From Balanoglossus misakiensis (lineage: Eukaryota; Animalia; Hemichordata): DNA of 64,000 nucleotides. Under the pieces are notes generated by a model. The model was given only the letters and a program-made list of their open reading frames with translations, was not told the DNA's origin and did no database searches. Made by a program: the position numbers and the translations under genes. Positions 1 to 13,099 of this stretch are shown here, piece after piece. The stretch spans positions 10,404,564 to 10,468,563 of the forward strand of contig CM082585.2 in the NCBI GenBank assembly GCA_040954595.2. Direction: 5' to 3'. Within the stretch, counting starts at the first letter, position 1, and each line of letters begins with the position of its first letter.

Positions 1-97
1 TGAAAAAAAAGTTAAATATGTCAGAAAAACAAACCACAAAATGTTTACTTTGATACAAAGGCATCTGACCATTTATGCTAATCTCACTTTTTGATAG

Positions 98-3000
98 ACA
101 AACACCATTCTGTTGATTGACCCAAACACTGGTGCCTTGAGACGACTTTTTCTGACCTCAGCTCTGGAGGGCGCTAGAGACAAGATTGCCGGCTACTTCA
201 GCGGTTCGACCGATGATCCAATGCACAAAATGTGCTCTGAATTCGCAAGTCAAAACTGGGCTGTCTTCTATGAAGAATCTGGGTAAGTTTGAATTCAAAA
301 CAGTAGTATTTCAAATCACCAAGTTTCAATATTGAAAGTGATGGTGAAGATGTTTCATGTGTTATGTGATATATGATAGTCAGGGATTTTTCCATTTCTA
401 GGTCTAAGTTGGATGTTATAGATGTGCTACAAGGAACTGGATACAGTGTGGATTTACCGATAAATCTGAAATCTGTACATCTGCCGTCGAAAGATGCATG
501 GCTTCTGACTGAGACCGAGACAAACAGGTACTGGAAACATTTAGAAAGCTTCTGTCCTCTCAGACTAGACCTTTGGTCTTTCAAACCTGATGATGCTTTA
601 CTCTTTGATGAAATCTTATGAATTTTACATCATTTGTATGTTTTATTTCATAGGCGGTATTTGCTCACCAGACCTTCTGCTGATATGCCAGTTTGTCAGT
701 TCAACACTGTTGATGTCAGACCTCCAAGAGACGATCAAGGTACATCTTCACGCATTTTGCACTTTTCATGAATAGATTTCAAGAATCCTGAATAAATAGC
801 TCTAGTTCTTCTCCAATAAAATACACTGCAGTGTTTGACATCTGAATTGATCTTCTTTTTTTCAACTCAGAAACTCCTGGATTCAGTCTCATCACCGGTC
901 CAGCCTATGCCGTAGCTGACAAACCACTAGCTAAGGATCAGCTCAGCGCAGCACTGAGACAGAACATCGATTCCCCAAACAGAATAATGGCAGACAGTAA
1001 CCACTATGCAGCTATCGCAGTAGGATTCCCAGACTTACAGGTTGGTTTCCATCATGAAAATATTTTAATATACATCTTTACCAGGTGACCTATGATATCT
1101 GATTTTTATTCATACAGGTATTTGTGTTGATGTCATTTTGCATTATATCCAAATTGTTGTTTTTTTAGTCTGAGAGTGAAATTTACACAATACCAAGGAA
1201 ACAAGTGGAAGAGGTGAAAATTACAAGCAAGCAAGATCCATTATTCAGAATGGCAAGTGTACCTACCCCCAAGAAAGAAATGGATCCTGCATTTTTACCA
1301 AATGCCAACCAGGTCATTAAAGTCTTACCGTTACGGAAAGTTCCAACAGAAGTCTTCCCAAAAGGTAAATGCTAGTAGTTGAACCGTCTCTGACTCCATT
1401 TCAGTTTTAACGTCAAAATTTAATTTCATAAATTCATCACAAATTCAGTTCACAAAATCAATGTTATGTGGCACACCTAGAAAGTAGTGTTTTCTGTGAC
1501 ATCTAAACATGAATGCTTATGAGAATATCATTGTCTGTTACTTTGATATTAGGACTTCGTCCCAGCGGGGTCAGTGCGTACTTGGAGGTCACTGATCTTG
1601 GTGATCACAGATTGAGATATATACCAATCCCGATGTAAGTACACAAAATCTATGAGTTATTGTCTTTTTATAAAGAATGTTAAGACTGAAGTTGTGGGTT
1701 GCCATCTTGGTAAATGTTTTCCAATCTTCCAGGCCTCCTTACATCCCACCGTACTCACCCTGGCTGTCCAACTACTCGGAGACGGATGTCGCCATGACAA
1801 CTACTCCCTCTGAGGCAGTAGTGACGGTGGACGCGGGTGGAAGTGTCCGTGTGTGGGAGACCGGCGTGGACAGTCTGCAGCGGTCATTGATGGAATGGCA
1901 ACAGATGATCGGAGCGGATGAAGGACGCACTCTACAGGTGGGTTCACAAAATGCCTTCATTTGATTTTTATTGAAATTTCATTGAGATGTGTACTTTTTG
2001 TAGTTCACTCAAGTTACTGCGAGAAAATATCTCATAACATTGAAATTTTAAACAAAATGGCAGAAAATTAATAAAAGGTTAATTTTATTTATGCTTTTTA
2101 GATAAATTATGACCGAGAAGACACTGGTAAAGAAACCACTTCACCAAAACATGGCAAAATGGACAAAGATAACCAACCACATGTGGGAGGCAATACATGG
2201 GCCGGAGGAACGGGTAAGGTTATATAGTCTGTGTAGAGTTAACACAGAGATTGTACAAGAATGTAAACCCCTGTCACAAGACTGAGTTCTGACCTTGGCA
2301 AAAATGTTATGAAATTCAACAGTACCACAACACAAAGCTGTTTTCAGAATGATAAACTCAGCCATAACAGAACCATTCACAACATATTATTGTCCAAAAC
2401 TATCAACATTTGTCATACTTTTGATAAAAATAGCTTGTGTTGCGGCCTTCTGTATGGTAATCAATCATTAGCAACAGGTACAGTTCAAGTACGGTTCACC
2501 TTGATCCGGTTAAAGTTTTAGTGGGAAAGTGAGGTCTGACCAAAACAAATGCCAAGCAAAGCCATTCCGGCATAGCAGAGGTTAGTGTGTGAAAGTATAC
2601 AGCAACATTCCTAGTACACAGACTCACGAAATTTGTCAGAAATTGTTTAACCATCTTGGAAAATGTTTATCCAAATAGATTCCATAAATACATGTACATT
2701 GGAATTTTGGTTGTCAAATAGCAATGAAGTGAAGATATTAAAATCAATAGTCGTACCTATCTGTGATCCTATCACATTTAAGTGATAATACTAGAATGCA
2801 GTCTTAGTGAAATTCACACAAACCCAATGTGACAAATACTCCATATACATGCTGTTTTTCACATAGAACGTCCATTAAGGTAGTACCGGTGTAACCTCAG
2901 GGACAAATTTCCAGAAAAATGACACTCATTCAAACCGTTAAATTCTTAGCTGTAAAGTGTAAGGATTTCTTCTTGAAATTGATTCAATGACAGTAAGCTG

Positions 3001-6000
3001 TCATAAAGAATAACTGATGACCATGAAAAATGATCCATAAATCACTGGATAATTACTGTGGGAAAATAACAAACACTCTTGGAAATAGTCCTGGACTTTT
3101 GCGTAATTTTGAGCTTATTGTATTGGCCCTGGGATGGTCACTGACAGAGTCGTGGATGTTCTGTATCTCTAGGAGGGCGTGATACAGCTGGATTGGGTGG
3201 TGTAGGAGGTCCGTACAGACTTGATGCTGGGCATGATGTACATCAAGTGTCGCAGGTTGAAAAAGACGCAGTACCAGAAGAGGTGAGAAGTAACAAACAC
3301 ACACATTGAAAACATCAGCATGTGTACATCAACAAGTTAACAATATAGTAACTAGATCACTTAGATTTTGTTAATGGTAGTGACCAGGGTATATACTACA
3401 AATAAATATTCTCATGAAATAAAATTTATCAAAAGATTTTGGTTGTCTGATTTCAGGTGAAACGTGCTGCAAGAGAAATGGCTCAGAAAGCATTCAAACA
3501 GAGGTACGGTTGGTTCAGTTTATCAGTACCATTCTATACTGCTATTCTGGATTTGCTCTTTCTGCAAAACCTTCATTGAATTTTAGATTCCTTCAGATCA
3601 AACTCTGAACTTGCTTGCTTATACGCAAATGGACAAATGTGCTTTGACCAGATAACACACTATTCAATGGCTCATCACTATCAAACTACTATTTTGTATT
3701 TCAGATTAAAAGAAATTCAGATGTCTGAATACGATGCTGAGTTGTACGAGAAGTTTTCAGCCGGGGTCAGAAGACAAGTTCGCTCACTCAGGGTCATCTT
3801 GGATAGTCTTCAGGTCGGTGCAGAAGATTTTCTCTCGGAAACTTGAACTGTCGTTAACTGGCCTTTCATGCCAATACATTGTACAGTGGTAGTTACCATG
3901 TGTACTGGGAATACACAGAGACACAGCTCTTTTTGACCTGTTGCAACCACCCACCCACTCTCCACTCCTATATCCCTATGTAGAGGCCCAACTTTGCCAC
4001 ATAAAACATCAGGTTTTCATGTGTCCAGTTCATGATGGCCAAAGATGAAAGTTCATCGGCCTTTAATGCCATTATAAAGAGTTGTGCTTCCGTATGAAAA
4101 CTTTCACATGCATCATTTCATCGCCTAAATGCTGTCTGTTTCAAGAGTGGTGTAGTTTCTGTTTGATTGGCATTTGGTGGTTTCTAGTTCTGTGTTTTTC
4201 TGCCTTGTTTGTTGAACAGCAATTACATTTTCTGGACTCAGTCAATGATAGTGGTCAACACACAGAATGAAGCATGCATGATTAGCCTGAAATAAAAGTT
4301 CTCATTATAAAGCATCGTTAGTGCTAATTGACTGAGCAATCCGTTCCAAATGAAACGTCCAGACAGTCAGAGAACTAATTTTCCAGCTGGATGGATGGGT
4401 GGGTGGCTCAGGCGCAATGGAGGTCTGGTTATTTAACCATGCATGCATTGCAGACATTCTGTGCACACACCGGTTCACTCTACTGTTAAGTAGACTTTGG
4501 GCGTAAAGTGGTCTACACTTCGCGTTTTTCACATTTTCTGCAAAGTACAGTGTGTTTTTCAGTCTAAAAATGTGTCCAATCCAGCCATGCAAAGAAGGGG
4601 TGGGGCAATAAATGTCTGTGTACACATCCTTGTACCAGGGTGTATACAGTACCTTGCGATATAGGGTACACGACTTCACTCAATGAAAATGTGACAAGTT
4701 CAATAAAACAAATGATACTCTACTGTGTGTGACAATTTGAGACTTATGATGAATAACATCTTCACTTGCTGTCATGGTGATGTGAAACATGGCTGCTAAC
4801 TTGACCAATTCTTCTGCAAATTTGATTGTTTGCAGGCCAAGGGCAAGGAAAGGCAATGGCTTCGACACCAGACATCAGGTGATTTGGACGATTTTAAGCT
4901 GATTGAAGGACTGACTGGCGAAAAATCGATTTACAAGAGACGGGGTGAACAAGATCCAGAAGTAAGTCGCCTGTACATGTTACTTCCACACCCATAAAAA
5001 CACGGAGAGAGATAAACAACTGGGCAGAGGGATACACGAGTTCATGAAATTTCAGGGATTCTATCCTGAATGTGTACTTACCAAACTTGGCAGTATTCCA
5101 TGTGTTTTGTGACCTGTATTTGAAATTTGGAGGTTGTGTTGTTTTTGATTTGATGCAAGTTTTACAAGGCCAGCTTCATGTTGTTGTCGAATTGTAGTCT
5201 GAATCCTCAACACAAAAAGCAATATCCCATATGTGCCCCATTTCATTTCACGTATTCTGTCTGTGATCTGCAATGGCAGACAAGTATCAGATACTGAGAC
5301 ACAGGAGAATCTTTGCATGAGATATTTAAACATTAACTCAGCTACAGTTGAGTATTTCGTAGCTCACTGACTTCTGTTTTTCTTCATAGCTTGGCACACC
5401 TCAAGTGAAACCCAAACGTCTTCGTATTGTGGTAGATCTTAGCGGAAGCATGTATAGATTCAATGGAGTTGATGGCAGACTTGATCGGGTCCTTGAAGCT
5501 GCACTTATGGTCATGGAGGCTTTTGAAGGCTATGACAAGAAATTTAAAGTAGGTCATGTTTTTTGTTTGTATTTGTTGCCGTTTTAGGAGAGTAAATATA
5601 TATCTGGGTGTCGAATCAAAAAATATTTTGAGTGTGATATGTCATCGGAGTTGGCCATTAAAGAGGCGTGGGTGTTTAAGAATTAACAGTGCTATGGTTG
5701 AATGAATGAACGAGTGGCTGGCAGTGAATGCCTGTATACACTGTGTCTGAAAAAAGATAACATTGGAACTTCAGACATCGATGAATTGCATTGTGTGGAG
5801 TGAGGCGTTCGTAATTTGTAAGGACGGTGAGGTCGGGGTGAAATGTTGGAATGTGACCTCTTGACCCCTGTTTTGGGCGCTATTGTTTGGCTCCTCCAAG
5901 TGAATGTAACAAGTTGTATTCATTTCTGCCGAAAGTCACGCAATCCCAGTTGTTTGTTGGCAACACTCGTATCAAGTCTTCGGCTTGTACCATGTCACCA

Positions 6001-7845
6001 TTTCGTATGAAATTTGATCCTCAAATGGCGCCCTCGCAGGGCAAACTTTGTAAATTTTTCCACTTGTAAGAGCAGGCAGATTTTCTTATTGTATAGTTTT
6101 GGAAAATAATGATAAGATAGTATTTACTCTTAAAACCAAAATCTGGAGGGATAATCAGTAACTCAGATTTAAAGTTTTCAACTAGCTTGCAACAGCAACT
6201 AATAATGTCACCAGTTTTTATTTCCTTGGCGTGTTCACAATGGTGACATAGTGGGCAAAATATGGTGTGAATGTCACACTTGTCTGTTCAGTTCACAAAT
6301 GGAATGTTGACAAAATGGCAACTCACTTAGCAACTAAAATGAGAAGTACACGCAGATGACCTTATATGGACAAAGAAAGCCACACATTGTTCTGACATCA
6401 TCACATTGTGCGATGTGAGGGCACCGTCCCCCCTGACACTACTCAGGGATGTGACTCAAGGGATGTGTGAGAATTATTTATTTATTTTGGTCTGTTTTGA
6501 TTTCAGTACGAGATCGTTGGACACTCCGGTGAATCTTACAGCATTGATTTTATCACTGGAGAGAAAATACCAAAAAATAACAAAGAGAGATTGGACCTCA
6601 TCAAGGTAAGAATGAGCGTAAACTCATTAAAATTAAGTCAAAACATGGCCGCTCTGTCACCGGGTGATGGAGAAACTGTGTTCAAAGGAATAACGACAAA
6701 AGCCCTGCTCATATCATTGAACTCAGTAATTTATTACTGTCTTCCATCGTCACAAAAAAGACTCCACCCAGCCCATTAAGTGAAATATTTACGAGGGCAG
6801 GTGAGCTCCGGCCACTAATGAGCCAAGGAATGTTTTGGTCGTTAACTTCGTCTTTCCTCTTGACCCCTGCTTTAACGGTGAGGTCATTGACCTCTCAAAT
6901 CTTGTGACAAATACTTCCATTACCAAAAGCTGATTTCTCCGCTAAGTCAAGACTTTTACAATGGGAGATATAGCAGAAACTCTTCTGCTTTTGTTTATTA
7001 AGAATGGAAAAGAGATTTTGTGTGTACCAGTGTCCATTCAAATTCTGGGTTTCAACTATTTTAGTTATCTTTTCTTATACAGCGTGTTAAAATACTAACA
7101 CTGCAATATACATGTGGAGAGATATATTTTTTTTTTAACCACAGACAGACAGTCAGACAGACAGACACAAAAAAAAACAATTTTATTGCAAGGCATATTA
7201 TTTTGGACAGACAGACAGAAAAAAAAATTGTTGGTAGGCAGATAATTTTATATCGACCTTACCACAGAATTGTCTGTTTGTCCCCACAGACTATGCACGC
7301 ACATTCACAATTCTGTATGAGCGGTGACTACACTCTTGAAGCTACAAAGTATGCGGTCGAAAACGTGGCAAAACTGGACGGAGATGAGCACTTCGTCATC
7401 GTTCTAAGCGACGCCAACTTTGATCGCTACGGTATCAGTCCAGGGAAGTTTGCCCAATTGCTGACAGCAGATGAGAAAGTCAACGCGTTTGCGATATTTA
7501 TTGGTTCCCTTGGTGACCAGGCACAGAGGTAGGTTGGACATTTTGTTTTCTGTCAGTTGTATTAAACACAATCTGTTTAAAATCAGATGTAGAGTTGTCT
7601 TGATCTGTACATCTGGTGATTCTCTGCTGTTCTGTTCTCAGATGTAAACCTGGAGCCAACTGGTTTTTAATCAGATTATATTCATGGCCATATTTTGTGA
7701 ATAATCCTTCATTATCATTATCTGTTGTACTCACAGACTTGCCAAGAATCTGCCGACAGGACATGCATTCATCTGCATGGATACCAAGGACATCCCACAA
7801 GTACTACAACAGATTTTCACATCCACCATGCTTTCAACAAGATAG
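98..7845 (+). CDS. VWA8: von Willebrand factor A domain-containing protein 8, 3' portion (5' end lies outside the window), multi-exon
   Basis: GT-AG exons at about 98-282, 402-527, 654-739, 871-1040, 1169-1363, 1553-1634, 1733-1938, 2102-2213, 3173-3281, 3457-3503, 3705-3812, 4836-4961, 5390-5548, 6507-6605, 7290-7528 and 7737-7845. They encode VWA8 motifs: AVVTVDAGGSVRVWETG, PKHGK..DNQPHVGGNTWAGGTG-GRDTAGLGGVGGPYRLDAGH, KERQWLRHQTSGDLDD, the VWA MIDAS region KPKRLRIVVDLSGSMYRFNGVDGRL, VLSDANFDRYGI, and C-terminal MDTKDIPQVLQQIFTSTML; TAG at 7843-7845. Confidence 0.95.
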
Positions 7846-8973
7846 AGTTCATCAAGCCCATCTATCTTGTCAAGTCTTCCATTTTGTGAGCTCACACTTA
7901 CTAAAGTGGAATGAATTTAAGAACGTAATTGTATATTCAATTTTCAATATTTCTCAAGACATTGTGGTGAAAGATGATACAACAGGTTTTCATTTGAAAT
8001 GTGTCCCTGATTTTCATGTTGTACTTTTAATTTTTGTGACATGCAGTTGAAGATGGACCTCTATAGAGTAAACTGGGGGGTGAAATGCTTAAAGACATTA
8101 GGATTTTAATGTGGGTATCTTGTAATGTAAACATACATTAATTTTTTAATAGTAATAGATGGATTAATATAATAAATGAATGAACTTTTATTGCATACAA
8201 GACCATCAGGTTTACTTGTGTACTTTGTGTGGCATTATTTTGCTTGTTCTGATTTTGTATGAGACTTGTGCTTCATTTCTTCCTTTGTAACATCCTGGAA
8301 CTGAATAAATGGAACCTTGTGACATGTTTTTCAAATCAGTAGCTTATCATAGTGTAATTTTCTCACCCTGGTGAGTTCGAGATCTGGGCGTCGATCTCGA
8401 ACCCCAGAACGAAGCGCTTTTACCTCTCAATGTAAATTAACATTTTTGCATATTTAACAAATTTGCAAACCCAGAATTTGAATGCCGCACAGTACAAACA
8501 AAACCATGCACATAAAATGGCCATAGAAATATGTTTAATTCTATGTTATTGACAATGACTTCTCATTGGATGGACAGTGTTGATGACGGTTAAACATTAA
8601 AGTCTTTTAAAGTCAACAGGTGGTCTGGGAAAAATGTTGAGATTTTGGCGACTTTTTAAGAGTACCTATATATTTTAAAATCTAAACTCTCATTTGTCCA
8701 CAGCAGTGCTTAAAATGCAGTGTTTAAAAGACGAAAACCGGTAAATTAACGTCAAGAGATTAAATGCTGCGCCACTGAAGTCCCACAACTGCAGCTGTGA
8801 TGACCGGAAGTGACGTGAGTACCATATTAACTTCTCGTTTGCTTACTGACCGGAAGTGGGGTCATTTGATGCGCGTCCGCAACGTTGTTTAGTATCGTTC
8901 AAAGACGTGCAAACCGCAACTTAAACTCGAATGAACCCGCCTCAGATAACAGTTACACTTACACCGGTTTAAA

Positions 8974-9836
8974 TTACTGGAAGAAAAATAGGTTCATACT
9001 GCCCACGACAATTTTCAGCTGTAATTTTATCATGGCAACATAACCTACTTATTAAACCTGATGCGCAGTATAAAACTGCTTCCGGTACAATTTCTGGGGT
9101 CTTCGACCCGCCAGAAATCTACATGTAATATTATCAAACAACTGCATCGTTTCGAAATGCACGTGTTCGACATAGTTCTCGCTGAAGTTACGGGTGATGA
9201 CCTCTTCTAGTTTCTATACAATGAACGAAAAGCGAAGGCCAGTCATTGTGATCCCGGGATTTGAGATTACCATGCCGTTAAACTATTGAGGATGTATCTA
9301 GGAGGATGTGGTTATTGCCGATTTGTAGAAATATTTCCTGCCCTCTCTGTGTGAAAAACCTTGTTAAACAGACAACTGACACAAACCATTGCAAGCTCAG
9401 ACCACACATACCCTGATCAGATCTTAGCAAATAAGGATGATGCGTTGCATTATCAGATCATGGGAATTGGTAGAAATTTGCATATTTTGTGCGCGAGTTG
9501 ACTAGAAGATAATCATCAATTTTGTACCGATGCCTACTGCATCCGCCCATTGAAAAAGTTTGCTAGTTGCTCGATTTTTATCTAGTGCCTCACACTTGTG
9601 ACCCCGGACTGACCTTTCGTTGTCATAGAAAGATGCCGACATTTCCCCACGGACCGGCCATTTTCGTTCACGATTCATCCTTTATTGCGCAGTTTTTCCC
9701 ATCATATTCTACACCTAATCGTGTTTATTAATCCATTCCCTTCGACATCACCGCCCTGAACCAATTTGCGTTGACCTTGGCTTTACGACAGATCTGTCGT
9801 CTGTCAGCTGTCGTTCCCCAGTCGGACAAAATCCAT
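8974..9836 (-). pseudogene. Decayed, apparently intronless third paralogue of the beta-trefoil-like genes
   Basis: Minus-strand fragments are colinear with the genes at 13.1-20.1 kb and 23.2-24.5 kb: KWPVRGE (~9660; cf. NWPDTGS), LSMTTKGQ (cf. WSMASNKGD), ALDKN (cf. PLDKD), FYQFP*SDNATHHP (~9470; cf. IYQLPQNTDDVYHP), RGQEIFLQIG (~9340; cf. DGQKILLGMP), DTSSI/LTAW (cf. DNSSIYVLTSW), YVEHVHFETM (~9165; cf. AADHVRFTAI), GLISRL (cf. GFIERA), SMNLFFFQ* (~8990; cf. GNLFFL). Multiple stops and frameshifts; the 5' boundary is uncertain. Confidence 0.7.
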
Positions 9837-11216
9837 CTACTACCCAGACACACTCCAATGCTGCATGCATGTTGTGCGCATGTGTCATTTCTCCCTCATA
9901 TCTCTTCATTGTAAACTATTAATGCTCTCGATTGAAAATGTGACGCGGCTCTTAATATCTATCTTCTCTAGCCTTGAAAATGCTAAATTCCATAATTAAA
10001 ACGTATTGGCGTGTTGGCTTTGGGTCAAACAACTTTCTGCCTTGTTCTTTCACATGCAGCTGATTGCTAGAAACAAAACATCAAAACGAAGTAAATACAT
10101 TGGAAGTTATATCTTCATCGAAACCATAAAAAGAAATGGCTGATGGTGTATTAAATAAGACAAGAAATCAATACTTCATAGACATTATTTTGTTACACAG
10201 AAACTGAATAGGAGAGTTTTTCACCGGACAAGTGGCCCATAGGTAAAATTATTTTATTAAATTACTTTAATCTGATCAAACTCAGTTTTATTTCATTTAA
10301 ATGCCGCAAAGGCTGTGTTGAATACAATTGATGCGCGTGGATTGTAATCGTTCGTAACCGCAGTACTTCGTTTACAAGATGGAAAAGTGGCTAAATATAT
10401 TCACTGTATAATTCAAAATTATCTGAATTATTGCGACTTTGTACGGCTGTGTCCGATTGATAAAAGTCTTCAAAGTACATGTATAACATTTACATTTTTC
10501 AAGCTGTGAGAATGATTCTCACAACGATGTGTCGTCGCGATGTCCAGAGGACAAGATCAAACAAAAGATGGCGGTTTGTACCAACAATGGTGACTTGCAG
10601 ACCCAGGTGGCGGGAATCTAGACCTAAAGTGGTCAAACACAGCAGGTGTTCGTGAACTCAAACGCCCTCAACAATGCCGCGTTTTCAGTGACCCTGGAAG
10701 CGAAGGACGCTTTACACGCAAGGACAGGAACACATTTATTATATCGAAAGTGTAGACGCGTTGACGGGTGTCGGACGCCCTATTTTACTCGGGAGGAAAC
10801 CGCGCTGGACGTCCATTACTTGAAAAATACCTTCGCGGTTGAAATATAATGCGCAACATAAGACCGTTACCTTCACACAACAAAAACGCTCACGGAAAGC
10901 CAACTGAGCATACAAATACCCAAGGTCGAATTATTTCCAACATAATTCATAAGCCTGCATGAAAAGGGTTCGCATTTACTGATCGAACCCAACGCGGTAA
11001 TTTGGTATTTTTTTAATATCATCGTCTACTTACTCAAATTACGACACTCACACGCAATAAATCATGACCTGGGACATTGACCTCTTTTCCCTGTTTGGTC
11101 GACAGTCACGTGATAGTAAATGTGGGACACGAACTGCTATTAAATTTACCTTGAAAAGTAAATGTCAGAGATCGTTCTAATTACACGAACGTGACAACAG
11201 ATATGTATATAAACAT

Positions 11217-11373
11217 TGTATGTCTGTATGTCTGTATGTCTGTCTGTCTGTCTGTCTGTATGTATGTATGTATGTATGTATGTATGTATGTATGTATGTA
11301 TGTATGTATGTATGTATGTATGTATGTATGTATGTATGTATGTATGTATGTATGTATGTATGTATGTATGTAT
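11217..11373. repeat. (TGTC)n/(TATG)n tetranucleotide microsatellite
   Basis: Directly visible tandem TGTC followed by TATG units, about 155 bp. Confidence 0.98.
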
Positions 11374-13099
11374 CAACGTGGAGGATTTTTTTGCAGTGTA
11401 GATAATTAGGTAGGCAGATATCTTCTTGTCACGCGCGTTTCGTTGATTTCATGAAGATTATATCAATTACATAAGTATCATAACAATATGGAATGACCTC
11501 ATGTTAAAGTTGTTACCTCGGTGACGTTTTTGTTCACATTCGCTTGGTTGTCTTGGATACGAACTACTGTATAACACATGTTGCAAAGCATAGAATTCGA
11601 TGTCGTTAGAGGTAATGCGCGCTAAGTTTATAGAGGTACTTGAACAGTTATTGAGTGGTGATTGAGCGTGCATCAAAGAGAATACCTTGTAACGCCTTGC
11701 AAATGCAGAAATCTCAATGTCTCGATAAAAATTGCCTTTATCTTTGAATGACTTGGAATTGGTTTAGGCGTGTTCCTTGGGCGATTGGTTTTTGGCGTGG
11801 TATCAAAACGTTACAATGCACATCTCGTGACAAACAATTTGCTGTTACTTTCGTCATGCTGACGCGTTTACCATTATATCATACATTGTATGTAGTGGTT
11901 GACGGAGTACCCCCGTAAAGTTTCGGACAATATTCGGACGTCGACGCCCGCCTTTATAACAGCCCCACTAAACAGTCATGAACAAAGAGTATCTACAAGC
12001 TGCTTTCTTAAACACTCTGTTACTGTGTTAGTACCCTTGAAATATTCTGAATTCAATCTTTACTATTAACAATTAACAACCTGTGTCTAAATCGCCATTT
12101 ATAAGCAAATTGAGATTTCCATAGAACTAAAAAATGTCGACAACATCCTTGCATTGATTATTTAAAAATGAGTTTATTTCAATCTGATATGTTACAGTGT
12201 TCGGTCTTGCAAAAGCCTCTATCGATACAAGCAATAAATATAAACATTCAAAAGCAAAGAATGTCAATAAATACATAACTGGCGTTTCCTTGTGGAAAAG
12301 TCTCGATTTACAAAAATATGACGTCGCAATATGTAAGAAATGCGTACCTTGTGCATAATATGACAGACCATTTAAAAAAAATGAAGTTTATGCTTTAAAA
12401 ATATTTCGAGAAATTGTGCTGATATTTACATCGATATCTTCGCGTTGAGATGATCTCGGACACGCGGTATTTGGAATGATACTGAAAAACGACAGCCGTC
12501 ACACGATCTCTCACTCACAAACATACACAGTCAGTCAACCATACAATCGATAAATAGAACACTCTGTAGACAGTCATATGCAGTTTTAGGGCATGTTTTA
12601 CAGGCCGGCTGCAAAGATTCGCAACATGCAAGCAAACTTCCAAATTGCGTCAATAATCTCTGTGTAGTTGAACTTGATAGTCGAAAAACAGTCAAATGTT
12701 CTTATGTTAGTTCTAGTGACTGTTTTGTGTGAGAATTTAGTGCTATACCACGGCACGGGATCTTTGGCTCTGGTCGTTTACATGTATTAAGTCACATCAA
12801 GTCAGGACGTGAACCTGAGAAAATGGCGGCAGTATCACGGTCTTTGTCAATCGGTTTCATTGGTCAATTGAGTTATCATGTGACCATAGGTGACCAATGG
12901 CATTCACCAAACTACGGGAGGTCGTCACGTGGGTATCATCGGCCAATGGCGTAGACTTTTGCATTAGTGGCATTCGCCATTTTGAAGGCCGGTGTTCAAA
13001 GAGATGGGTTTGATGAAAGTCTGACACATCGGTACTGCAGGACTGCGTTCAAGCAGCTATAAATACAATCTTTCTAGTGTAATGTCAGGAAAGGCACGA

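Noticed and set aside
11146-11409. Four ORFs of repeating IHTY/MYVC
   Set aside because: They are translations of the (TATG)n microsatellite.
12820-12990. YY1/CCAAT/E-box cluster resembling a promoter
   Set aside because: It lies in the presumed 3' UTR of paralogue 1 and is bracketed by inverted AAAATGGCG/CGCCATTTT. A transposon remnant is more likely, and no linked gene was found.
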